Positions 8,959 through 17,668 of a stretch of DNA of 26,591 nucleotides are shown here, piece by piece. The stretch's first letter is position 1. Each line of letters begins with the position of its first letter. The position numbers were made by a program, and so were the translations under genes. Source of the DNA: an uncultured Candidatus Saccharibacteria bacterium (GTDB taxonomy: Bacteria; Patescibacteriota; Minisyncoccia; Phycocordibacterales; UBA5272). Below the pieces are notes generated by a model. The model had not been told where the DNA came from and made no database searches. It saw only the letters and a list, made by a program, of their open reading frames with translations. The stretch covers positions 1 through 26,591 of the forward strand of contig CAZEXZ010000001.1 in the NCBI GenBank assembly GCA_964516655.1. Reading direction: 5' to 3'.

Positions 8959-9711
8959 ATGGGGAAAAACGCACAGCATGTATTAAAAATAGTAATACCG
9001 ATGGCAGGTGGTGGAAGAAAGTTTGTGGAAGCTGGATATGCTTTCCCAAAGCCACTCATAGACATTAACGGTAAGACAATGATTGAGCTTGTAACTCATA
9101 ATGTAAAACCGAAAGAAACTCATTCATTTGTGTTTATTTGCCAACATGAGCACTATACAAAATACGACCTTCATAATGTCTTAAAGCGAGCGACAAACAA
9201 CCAATTTGAGGTTGTACCAATTATGGGTAAAACTTCTGGAGCAGCTTGTACAGTCCTATGTGGTATACAACATATCAATAATGATGATGAACTCATCATT
9301 GCTAACTCTGACCAAATTATTACTTTTGACATGGACGCTTTTTTGGCACACGCGCGATCAAAAAATGCTGACGGACTCATAATGACCTTCTCCTCTAATC
9401 ATCCAAAATGGAGTTATGCGCGTACAAACAAAAATGGTCAAGTGCTTGAAACTGCTGAAAAAAAAGTAATATCAGGGAATGCGACAGCTGGTATTTATTA
9501 TTTTAAAAAAGGTAAAGATTTTGTTCGAGCTGCACAAGAGATGATCCATAAAGGATGCCACTATGACAATGAATACTATGTCTGCCCCTCATTTAATGAG
9601 CTCATCCTCGAGGGTAAGAAAATATTTATTTATGAAATTGATTCAAAAAATATGCACGGGCTTGGTACCCCGGAAGAAGTGAAGGACTATTTGTCAAACG
9701 AACAGAAATAA
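8959..9711 (+). CDS. nucleotidyltransferase-fold (GT-A-like) protein, paralog 2
   Basis: IVIPMAGGGRKF..AGYAFPKPLIDINGKTM, IANSDQ, KWSY, AGIYYF, EYYVCPSFNELI, GLGTPEEV. Start moved to ATG 8959, 4 nt after the previous stop. Confidence 0.8.
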   Translation: MGKNAQHVLKIVIPMAGGGRKFVEAGYAFPKPLIDINGKTMIELVTHNVKPKETHSFVFICQHEHYTKYDLHNVLKRATNNQFEVVPIMGKTSGAACTVLCGIQHINNDDELIIANSDQIITFDMDAFLAHARSKNADGLIMTFSSNHPKWSYARTNKNGQVLETAEKKVISGNATAGIYYFKKGKDFVRAAQEMIHKGCHYDNEYYVCPSFNELILEGKKIFIYEIDSKNMHGLGTPEEVKDYLSNEQK

Positions 9712-9759
9712 CTCAAGGTTAATTATTGACTCGTAATTTAGACAAGATTAATCCAGTAC

Positions 9760-10743
9760 ATGTATAAAAAAATACTAAAACTTATTCGAATTATAACAGA
9801 GAAAACTACTGGGTATGTTAGTTTTTCTCATACTCGTCCCCTGTTTGAAAAAGATTATAATCTTTACTCTGACGAAACACTGCAACATGAAAGAATAGGT
9901 GTAGTTATTCAGGGCCCGATTATTACACACAATGATTTCACTCTAGAAACTGTCAAAATATACAAAAAAACTTTTGGAGAAAAAACTCAATTACTCATTT
10001 CAACATGGGCAGGAGAAGATTCGTTGACAATAAAAAAACTAAGAGACCTTGGTGTCATAGTTCTTGAAAATGAGAAGCCAAAACTACCTGGTATAAAAAA
10101 TATAAATTTTCAAATCGTTTCTTCAAGAAACGGAATACAGAAAGCAAAGTCTCTTGGAGTAAACTATATATTAAAGACTCGCACCGATCAGCGAATGTAT
10201 GCACCTAATATTCCAGATTTTCTTTCAACGCTCATAGAAACATTTCCTCTTACACACTCCTACAAACAAGAAAAAAGGATTATTGCAATTAGTTTAAATA
10301 CCTACAAATATAGGCCATATAGCATATCTGATATGACACTCTTTGGAACTACTCATGATATGGAGTTGTACTTTAGTCCAGAAGAAGACACTCGAACTAC
10401 ACCACATTTCCATAACATAAAAAGCTGGTCAGAAGACAGACTTTGCGAAGTATATCTTTCTACAACCTACCTTGAAAAAATAGGGAGGAAACTCACATTT
10501 ACGCTAGAAGATTCATGGAAAGTCTTTGCAGAACACTTCTGTATTATTGATTCACAGATGATTGATATTTTTTGGTATAAGTATGAATACTGGAAGGAAT
10601 ACCACGATCTTACCTATGAAACGATGAAGAATGATCAAGAATTGAACTTTAGAGAGTGGCTACTTCTCTACTCCGCACTGCCAAACAAAGCCACAATCCC
10701 AGAATCAATCATTGAAGGTCAGTTTGGTACGACTATTTCTTAA
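9760..10743 (+). CDS. WavE lipopolysaccharide-synthesis family protein (putative transferase)
   Basis: IGVVIQGPI, LISTW, NINFQIVSSRNGIQKAK, YILKTRTDQR, YSISD motifs of the WavE family. Confidence 0.75.
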   Translation: MYKKILKLIRIITEKTTGYVSFSHTRPLFEKDYNLYSDETLQHERIGVVIQGPIITHNDFTLETVKIYKKTFGEKTQLLISTWAGEDSLTIKKLRDLGVIVLENEKPKLPGIKNINFQIVSSRNGIQKAKSLGVNYILKTRTDQRMYAPNIPDFLSTLIETFPLTHSYKQEKRIIAISLNTYKYRPYSISDMTLFGTTHDMELYFSPEEDTRTTPHFHNIKSWSEDRLCEVYLSTTYLEKIGRKLTFTLEDSWKVFAEHFCIIDSQMIDIFWYKYEYWKEYHDLTYETMKNDQELNFREWLLLYSALPNKATIPESIIEGQFGTTIS

Positions 10744-11575
10744 GTAGTTTTTTAATCGTAAACCAAATATAGCGAACATAATAGTTATCTTGAAATGTTC
10801 TATGTGCTTTTAGTCGTATCCAGCCATCAACAAAAATATCATTATTTGTTACTCTACACATCGGCAAAAACCAAGACTTAGGAATGATAATTCTTTTATC
10901 TTTATGCTTGCTAAGGTAAGCAGCCCACCAGCTAAATGTTGACGGCGAACATACGATATCTTTACAAAGTGACATAAGGTACAAATCTTCATAATCTTTA
11001 TTCCCATCAATAAATACGACATTGTCCCCGATTTCACCTAGATATTTTTTCGCTAACGAAATATCTTCTGAGAAGACTAAAACTGTTCCTGATGGCTTTA
11101 GTATTTTTAATGCATTTTTAAAGTATGTAGGTGTTGGGGCATAAAACATAAGAGAAGGATGAAGATAGTCTCCGAGGCGAACATGAAGTGCACACGCGGT
11201 ATCAAAATTAATATATTTATATTTTTCTTGTACGTCTACAAACATAGCCTCATTAAACAAAAACCACGAGCTGACATCTTCTTTACTAAAGTATGCAGGA
11301 CTTTGAAAATACCCTGAGATCTCTGTATTATCTTGAATTCTCACCGCATCCTCGTTAAATCCGTGAGTATGAGAACCTTCAACAAACATGTGCAACGGGG
11401 AAAATATTTGGCACTTAACCTCTTTATCACGGAGGGAGAAAATAGTATCCCCTCCCCACTCTGGAACATAAAAATTGACCCCAAGCCTCTTTGCCTGTGA
11501 CCTCACGAATGCGTATTGAAACATCTGGTTACCTAATCGAGCACCAGTTTTGCCTAGAGTACTAAAGGAAATCAT
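10733..11575 (-). CDS. alpha-1,2-fucosyltransferase (GT11)
   Basis: RLGNQMFQYA, GYFQS, ALHVRLGDY, DLYLMSLCKDIVCSPSTFSWWAAYL. Confidence 0.88.
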   Translation of the reverse strand: MISFSTLGKTGARLGNQMFQYAFVRSQAKRLGVNFYVPEWGGDTIFSLRDKEVKCQIFSPLHMFVEGSHTHGFNEDAVRIQDNTEISGYFQSPAYFSKEDVSSWFLFNEAMFVDVQEKYKYINFDTACALHVRLGDYLHPSLMFYAPTPTYFKNALKILKPSGTVLVFSEDISLAKKYLGEIGDNVVFIDGNKDYEDLYLMSLCKDIVCSPSTFSWWAAYLSKHKDKRIIIPKSWFLPMCRVTNNDIFVDGWIRLKAHRTFQDNYYVRYIWFTIKKLLKK

Positions 11576-11585
11576 TATGGAGTAC

Positions 11586-11591
11586 AGTATA
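11586..11591 (-). promoter_or_regulatory. putative -10 element (TATACT)
   Basis: 10 nt upstream of the ATG at 11575. Confidence 0.4.
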
Positions 11592-11621
11592 TATGAAAAT
11601 CTTACATAAATTAACTGAGTA

Positions 11622-11630
11622 TGCTACCAT
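11622..11630 (+). promoter_or_regulatory. putative extended -10 element (TGCTACCAT)
   Basis: 14 nt upstream of the ATG at 11645. Confidence 0.4.
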
Positions 11631-11644
11631 CTTACTAGCGTACC

Positions 11645-12589
11645 ATGAACCAAAAATTAGATATTAACTTAAGAATACGAAAACTCCTTTTCCCTTTAAA
11701 AGTGAGGACGACACATGTTTGGGTGCGGTGGCTTAAAAGGTTCCTAACAAGAAAACTTACCTTGCATCGCCCAAGTACATACCCTTTTATTTCTGGAGAC
11801 GCATTCAGAGTTTTAGCTAAGCATATTCACGACGAATCTGCGACATTTGACCCACTAGCAGTTGACGATGGTGATATAGTCTTTTTAAATACTGACTTCT
11901 ATAAAGAATTTTTTGAAACTAAGCACCCTTATATTAAAAATAAGTACGTGCTGATTTCTCACAATAGTGATGTCTGTGTTTCAAAAGAGTTAGAAAAGTA
12001 TATTGACGAAAAAATTCTACATTGGTTTTCCAGAAATGTTACTACATCGCACAGCAAGATAACCCCCATTCCAATCGGCCTCATCAATAGTGCATCAAAT
12101 AGAATCGGGAAGCTCTCAGATTTAATCAGGCTGATAATGTCTACTAAAAATATAAAAAAACAACCTGGTATTTCTTTTGGTTTTTCACTTGTGAGTGGGA
12201 AAGACAGAGTAAAAGTACAAACCATCCTCAAAAACCATAAGCTCGGAAAACATATTTTGGAATACAATCAAGCTCGTTACTTCGCCATGATGAACACTTA
12301 TTCATTCGTAGCTTCACCTGAAGGAAATGGTCCAGACTGTCACAGAACCTGGGAAGCGCTCTACTTACAATGTATCCCAATTGTTCCAAAAAGCACTTTT
12401 ATAGAGTATTTTGTCTCTCTTGGTATTCCAATCTACATAATTGAAAATTGGGATGCTCTTACCTCATTTGATGAGCACTTTTTAGAAAAAACGTACTCAG
12501 AGATGTCTCTTTCATTTAAACACCCAGCGCTCTATATGGATTATTGGATTGAGCGCATCCAAAACGAATGCCAAAATGCATTTAAATAA
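11645..12589 (+). CDS. exostosin-like (GT47-related) protein
   Basis: C-terminal FVASPEGNGPDCHRTWEALYLQCIPIV motif; N-terminal ISGDAFR and LISHNSD segments. Confidence 0.7.
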   Translation: MNQKLDINLRIRKLLFPLKVRTTHVWVRWLKRFLTRKLTLHRPSTYPFISGDAFRVLAKHIHDESATFDPLAVDDGDIVFLNTDFYKEFFETKHPYIKNKYVLISHNSDVCVSKELEKYIDEKILHWFSRNVTTSHSKITPIPIGLINSASNRIGKLSDLIRLIMSTKNIKKQPGISFGFSLVSGKDRVKVQTILKNHKLGKHILEYNQARYFAMMNTYSFVASPEGNGPDCHRTWEALYLQCIPIVPKSTFIEYFVSLGIPIYIIENWDALTSFDEHFLEKTYSEMSLSFKHPALYMDYWIERIQNECQNAFK

Positions 12590-12608
12590 AAGATCTTTTT
12601 AGGCACTT

Positions 12609-13391
12609 TTATTTACTAAAAATAAATTTATTGTATTCTCCTGTCAAAGGTCTTTCTGTCTCAAAAATATAATCTTCCTTATTAAGAAAATCAATTTCGT
12701 ATGATTTAAAGAAAAAGAATTTTTTAGGCTGAGTAAGATAATTCCAAATAAAAAATTTCTTATCACAGTTAACAATTAGTTTGGTGAAGTATTCCTCTTG
12801 ATTCTCTCTTCCTATTTCTGAAATACAATAATTAGATATCACAAGATCAAATGTCTCACCCGCAAGTGAATCAAGTGTAGTTCCGGGTATGCTTTTTGCA
12901 TGTTCTAACCCAGTCACCTGAATAAACTTATTCTGAAGTGCACTTGGCTCTGGTAAATCAACGATTGTATAATCAATGTCGTATTCCTTAAAGATTTTCT
13001 TTATGTAAAGACATAATCCGCCGTAGCCACCACCCACTTCAACAATTCTTATCTTCTTCTTATCTTTAAACCATACATCACATTTGCTTTTAATAAGAAG
13101 AGCATGATAGATATATCTCAAATTTGATGGTGACATCATAATGCCATCAAAATCAAACTTAATAGGGTTCCCAATTGAATCATTGAGCGTACTAATTTCT
13201 ATGAAATTCTTCGGATCTTCATTAAACTCATCTTTGATAGCAGCTTTATACTTATCCCCAAACGCTTTGTCGGTATGTTCCAAAATATCCATAAATGCTG
13301 AACTGCTCTTAAAATTTTCAAACACAGAACTATCACTTTCTAAGTTTTTTAAAGATTCCGTATATTTCACATAAATATCGTCTGTTTTCAT
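12609..13391 (-). CDS. putative sugar O-methyltransferase (SAM-dependent)
   Basis: SNLRY, IVEVGGGYGGL, YTIVDLPEPSALQ, FDLVISNYCISEI. Confidence 0.8.
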   Translation of the reverse strand: MKTDDIYVKYTESLKNLESDSSVFENFKSSSAFMDILEHTDKAFGDKYKAAIKDEFNEDPKNFIEISTLNDSIGNPIKFDFDGIMMSPSNLRYIYHALLIKSKCDVWFKDKKKIRIVEVGGGYGGLCLYIKKIFKEYDIDYTIVDLPEPSALQNKFIQVTGLEHAKSIPGTTLDSLAGETFDLVISNYCISEIGRENQEEYFTKLIVNCDKKFFIWNYLTQPKKFFFFKSYEIDFLNKEDYIFETERPLTGEYNKFIFSK

Positions 13392-13424
13392 TGTTATTTA
13401 TCAATTAAGCACAACCCATAAAGT

Positions 13425-13430
13425 ATTATA
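13425..13430 (-). promoter_or_regulatory. putative -10 element (perfect TATAAT)
   Basis: 33 nt upstream of the ATG at 13391; no clear -35. Confidence 0.35.
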
Positions 13431-13481
13431 TACATAATAATATCATAGAAATTTTTTAATATACACTTACAAAGTATCAAT

Positions 13482-13510
13482 TTTACAAAAGAGCAAAAGT
13501 ACGTTACTCT
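13482..13510 (+). promoter_or_regulatory. putative sigma70 promoter TTTACA-17-TACTCT
   Basis: -35 at 13482-13487, 17 nt spacer, -10 at 13505-13510, 11 nt before ATG 13522. Confidence 0.45.
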
Positions 13511-13521
13511 AAATAAACTAC

Positions 13522-14448
13522 ATGGAACGATACAATAAGAAAACAATGAGTATTCATTCAAAAGAATACGATAACCTGCTTCAGAAAGAAATTGATGTTT
13601 GGAGCACATACAGACACGGTGAGACACATGTAGTTGATTTCGAAGCACTTAAGAAAACGCACGCCTATCTAACTTACAGGAAAGGTACAGTGGAGTTAGA
13701 ATTACAGTTTATAAAAGATTTGGGTGAAGAAATATCCGTTCTTGAACTTGGAAGCGCAGACGGATGGCTTACGAATGAAATACTAAACTTTCCATCAGTT
13801 AAAACTGTGACCTCTATCGATATTTCGTTAGAAAATAACAAAGAGAAGTATAGTGAGAAGAGTATCGCAATCCGTGGTGATCTAAATAAAGTGGACGAAA
13901 TACAATTTGATCAACAGTATGACTGCATCATTACCCATGGAACACTTCATCATCTTGTTGACCCTCGCAAAACACTCCAATTTTGTGTAGACAACCTTCT
14001 AAAAAAGGGAGGTATTCTTATAGTAAACGATACTTGGACATTAGAAAAAGGCCAGCTCACTGTGAACGCTTTTTTTTACCTGTTACTTAATCGTTTACCT
14101 CATGCTATCTTAGACCTTAATTTTAAAAATTTCTTTTCAATCATTTTCTATAAAATACCTATGGTTCTTTGGAGTAAAGACTATGCGGCCTACATAACAC
14201 ACGCACACGAAACTTCTCCATTTGAATCAATATCGTCTGCAGATGATTACAAAGATTTATACTCTAAAGAAGAACTCCATATGCTTCATTTCCAAAATCT
14301 AGCTGCATTACCTGGATTACAAAATAGCTGGATGAGATCCCCTCTTTTTATTAAAAACTTTATTCAAAAAATTGATACTTTTTTAATTAAAAAAAATATT
14401 CTTTCTGGTGACTACCATATAGCAATTCTAAAAAAAATAAACAACTAA
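13522..14448 (+). CDS. class I SAM-dependent methyltransferase
   Basis: VLELGSADGWL, TSIDIS, RGDL, YDCIITHGTLHHLVDP, LKKGGILIVND. Confidence 0.82.
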   Translation: MERYNKKTMSIHSKEYDNLLQKEIDVWSTYRHGETHVVDFEALKKTHAYLTYRKGTVELELQFIKDLGEEISVLELGSADGWLTNEILNFPSVKTVTSIDISLENNKEKYSEKSIAIRGDLNKVDEIQFDQQYDCIITHGTLHHLVDPRKTLQFCVDNLLKKGGILIVNDTWTLEKGQLTVNAFFYLLLNRLPHAILDLNFKNFFSIIFYKIPMVLWSKDYAAYITHAHETSPFESISSADDYKDLYSKEELHMLHFQNLAALPGLQNSWMRSPLFIKNFIQKIDTFLIKKNILSGDYHIAILKKINN

Positions 14449-15410
14449 AGAATTCTGGTGAGAGAGTGATCAGCCTCAACATCCATCTGATCTACACTGC
14501 TGTACTCAAAATCCTTGAGTCTAAAATTAACCCAATCTCCAAAATACGGCCTTTCGTGTGAGACTAAACCTGCAAGTGCACTGACCCCCGCCCCGATATC
14601 GATAAAAACAGCGTTGGATTTAGTTGTGAAGCTGTGCATTACCGCCAGTTTAGCTATACCAATTCCAACTAAGTAGATATCAATATCATCCTTAATATGA
14701 CTTAGAATATGTTCTTCTAATTTCTTAACATCATTTGATGAGCCTCGCTCTGGAACCGTTATATAATCCTGAAAAGCATCTCGTCCAATATATTCTCGGT
14801 ACTCTTTAAATTCAAGTAATTTTTTAATAATTTCAATTTTATTATCTGCACCTATTATCCCAATTCTAAACTTATTTTTTAAAATTTTTTTTGAAGAGAT
14901 TAAAGCGTAAATACATTCGAATGGAATCTCTGAAAATATATTTTTTTTGTAGAGATTAAAAAAATTACTTTGATATTTTTTGTACATCTCTATGTGAATT
15001 GAGTCACATTGCGTCAAACCGTTCTTAAATAGATCAAGATTAATATCGTGCAAAGACTTACTCTTTGTAAAATGTCGTAATGGACCATTACCTACTAATT
15101 TCCCTTTTAGAAAAAAATATTCACCGTCTGAAACTCGAATAATTGTATATGGTTTCTTTTTTTCAATTTTATCAATAATCATGTGATACAAATGCTCGTA
15201 ATACTCTACGATTGGCACTTTCAGGTGTATCATTTTACCTGCCCTAAATTGTGGCTCGAGACTAATATCAGTACAACCTTCTATGTTGAGAAATTGATTT
15301 TTATAACTCTCAAATTTTTTCTTAGAATAGTAGATACCAATACATGTTTCCTTGTATTTTATAAGCTGTCGTTTTATTTTTTTTAGTAAAAATAGCAATA
15401 CTTCAAACAT
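14445..15410 (-). CDS. putative GT-D-fold (DUF1792-like) glycosyltransferase
   Basis: IIRVSDGE resembles the GT-D RFGDGE motif; IYLVGIGIAKLAV...AVFIDIGA resembles the LIALGPTAKVL...AIDIGH motif. Confidence 0.6.
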   Translation of the reverse strand: MFEVLLFLLKKIKRQLIKYKETCIGIYYSKKKFESYKNQFLNIEGCTDISLEPQFRAGKMIHLKVPIVEYYEHLYHMIIDKIEKKKPYTIIRVSDGEYFFLKGKLVGNGPLRHFTKSKSLHDINLDLFKNGLTQCDSIHIEMYKKYQSNFFNLYKKNIFSEIPFECIYALISSKKILKNKFRIGIIGADNKIEIIKKLLEFKEYREYIGRDAFQDYITVPERGSSNDVKKLEEHILSHIKDDIDIYLVGIGIAKLAVMHSFTTKSNAVFIDIGAGVSALAGLVSHERPYFGDWVNFRLKDFEYSSVDQMDVEADHSLTRIL

Positions 15411-15419
15411 TATAATATT

Positions 15420-16202
15420 TTATTTACTAGTAAGTCCGATGTAGTCCTTTGTTTTACCAGATCTCGTAAAAAACTTATCTAGTTTTTCTTTTATTAAACT
15501 AAAGTCCTCAAATGAATTTAGAAGCACTATAGTTCTTAGGTCTACCACTTCTACAAAATACTGATACGAGGTGTAACCTTCAAAATATGGGCGATTATTA
15601 TTTTCTATCGGGGGAGCACCGTCAAGACTGGGTGTAAACGTATCTGGATGAAGACTGTCATGCATAACAACAACAGGAACACCAGCGAGAGCACAATTTT
15701 GAATGCACTGAACCCTGCAACGTGCATCTACAAAAGCTAAGTCAAAAGGTTTATTAATTTTATCTGTAATTGCTAAAATTTCTTTAGGATATTCTAACTC
15801 ATTATGCTCTGCAATTGGAGAAAGAATAATAGTGGTGGTATTACTGTTATATGATTTGTAAAAGGTAAACCAATGTTTATCGTGCTCGACTGAATATGTC
15901 AAATTCATCATCTTCTCTGCAAGTTTTGTATTTCTTCCTGGCCCCCATTCAAAATAGTTACCCCCTTTACACATTTCCATGGCTGCCTTTAAAACAAAAA
16001 AATAACTTTGGAATATTACTTGATCATATATATTTTTATAGATAGGGATTCTAAGGCGTCTAAGTACGCGAAAAAAAGACCTTACATTATCAATTAAAAC
16101 TCTATCGTTTTTATGCTTAGAGGTAAACGTATAAAAATAATCGACAATTCTTTCATTCATAAATAATAGTAAGTTGTTAAGAATATTCATATATTCTATC
16201 AC
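15420..16202 (-). CDS. putative SAM-dependent methyltransferase
   Basis: YFEWGPGRNT, YSVEHDKHW, FDLAFVDARCRVQC, VVMHD pattern; start uncertain (several Met). Confidence 0.65.
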   Translation of the reverse strand: MIEYMNILNNLLLFMNERIVDYFYTFTSKHKNDRVLIDNVRSFFRVLRRLRIPIYKNIYDQVIFQSYFFVLKAAMEMCKGGNYFEWGPGRNTKLAEKMMNLTYSVEHDKHWFTFYKSYNSNTTTIILSPIAEHNELEYPKEILAITDKINKPFDLAFVDARCRVQCIQNCALAGVPVVVMHDSLHPDTFTPSLDGAPPIENNNRPYFEGYTSYQYFVEVVDLRTIVLLNSFEDFSLIKEKLDKFFTRSGKTKDYIGLTSK

Positions 16203-16246
16203 AGAAAGTTGACTTACTTTAATGGCGAAGACTGCAAATTACTAAC

Positions 16247-16963
16247 TCAAAGAGTTATGTTCCTTAAACCTAAATCAATATACGACCTCTCTAGTGTATC
16301 AATAAAATATTCTAACTCTTTTACGTAGAGTCTACTTAAATCTTTTGCTTTTTTGATTCGAAACTGGGGTGAATATTCACTTATATTTAGCCTAAGATTA
16401 TCTAAAATAGACAGAGGGTTAGCATACGTAGAGTTTGGGTTTTGCTTTCCGAAAAAAGAAAAATCAAACACTGGGGTAGTGCTTCTAAATTGACCGGCAC
16501 GTATCACAACAGGAAGCATTAGATTTGATAACCTGTCTGCATCCATGAGAATCTGCTGTGTCAAGGATTGGTCCAATTGGTTTAATTCACTGTGCCTCAT
16601 TGCGGCTTCCTTGATTTCATCTTTCTCTAACTCAGTAAACATCCCTTTTGGGAGATATTGTAAATAAGTATTCATATGGGCACGCACCCTTTTTTCAGAT
16701 ACCTCTTTAATTTCTTCTGAATATATACCCACAAGAACTCTATCTAGTGAGTGCAAAAGTGCAGCACAGTAAGAAAGCGCAGCCGACTTTGAATCTGGAG
16801 AAATTGCAACTGCAAGCATAGCGACAGTTATATCATGATCAAACCCATGCCCCCTGTGTTGATATTCTGAAGTATCGTGCCCCTTTTTTACGATAGTGTA
16901 AAAATCTATAAATGTATTCCTGTATACCTCGAATTCACTTTCATTTATCATTGTTTTAATCAA
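16247..16963 (-). CDS. HD-domain superfamily protein with a variant motif
   Basis: GHGFDHDITV...AALLHSLDR...AMRHSE...LMDADRL, the H...HD...H...D spacing with HS in place of HD. Confidence 0.7.
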   Translation of the reverse strand: MIKTMINESEFEVYRNTFIDFYTIVKKGHDTSEYQHRGHGFDHDITVAMLAVAISPDSKSAALSYCAALLHSLDRVLVGIYSEEIKEVSEKRVRAHMNTYLQYLPKGMFTELEKDEIKEAAMRHSELNQLDQSLTQQILMDADRLSNLMLPVVIRAGQFRSTTPVFDFSFFGKQNPNSTYANPLSILDNLRLNISEYSPQFRIKKAKDLSRLYVKELEYFIDTLERSYIDLGLRNITL

Positions 16964-16970
16964 TTATACT

Positions 16971-17636
16971 TTATAGTTCTATGTACTGATCATTAACCAT
17001 GTCGTGCCACAGTATCCCGAGTTTTTCAACTCGTACAAAAGGAATTTTTTTATTATTAAGAAAAAGAAAAAGATCATCTTCGATACTTATCTTCCTCGCA
17101 ACCATTCTAACAAGGTCTACGCTCTCTACATAAGACTCTACACTCTTCCATTTGAAACAAACCAAACCTGTCAATATTTGATCAATTACTCTTGGAATTA
17201 GTTTAAACTTTTTAATTTTAACAGTAGAAACCTTGCAGTATGCTTGCGGATCTTTACTGAATCGTTCAAAAAAAGAAGCGTCCACTAATTTTTGTCGAGG
17301 TTCGAAACTAATCATGTACTCATACTTTTTAGTATTAACTCTTTTAAGTACCTCCTTCCACTGCACAATTAGACCAGCCCCCTTGTTTTTCTTACCTAAT
17401 TCATTGTCAAAAAAGAAAACTTTTTCTTGAAGAGTTGAAATAGAATGTATTGAATCGATAATACGAAGATCAATCTTAGATTCGTCACTTATGGTGCTAT
17501 CTACAACATAAACTTCAAACTCAGGATACTTATTAACTAATTCAGCAATTTGCTTAAATCCATTTACAAACTGCTGAATCCTACCCTCATCTGAAGAGAT
17601 TCCTATTGCTGTTGGTAAAATAAGTGCTGTTTTCAT
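16971..17636 (-). CDS. hypothetical protein, possible GT-A-like fold
   Basis: Clean 221 aa ORF; LILPT, VYVVDST, KNKGAG segments loosely resemble GT-A-type proteins in glycan loci. Confidence 0.55.
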   Translation of the reverse strand: MKTALILPTAIGISSDEGRIQQFVNGFKQIAELVNKYPEFEVYVVDSTISDESKIDLRIIDSIHSISTLQEKVFFFDNELGKKNKGAGLIVQWKEVLKRVNTKKYEYMISFEPRQKLVDASFFERFSKDPQAYCKVSTVKIKKFKLIPRVIDQILTGLVCFKWKSVESYVESVDLVRMVARKISIEDDLFLFLNNKKIPFVRVEKLGILWHDMVNDQYIEL

Positions 17637-17668
17637 GTTGTTACTATTACTGATAGTGGTTCTATTTT

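Noticed and set aside
9726-9754. TTGACT as a -35 box upstream of the WavE gene
   Set aside because: No TAnnnT hexamer at a 16-18 nt spacing.
12588-12599. Perfect palindrome AAAAGATCTTTT between convergent genes as a bidirectional terminator
   Set aside because: The stem is almost all A-U and too weak; such palindromes are common in AT-rich DNA.
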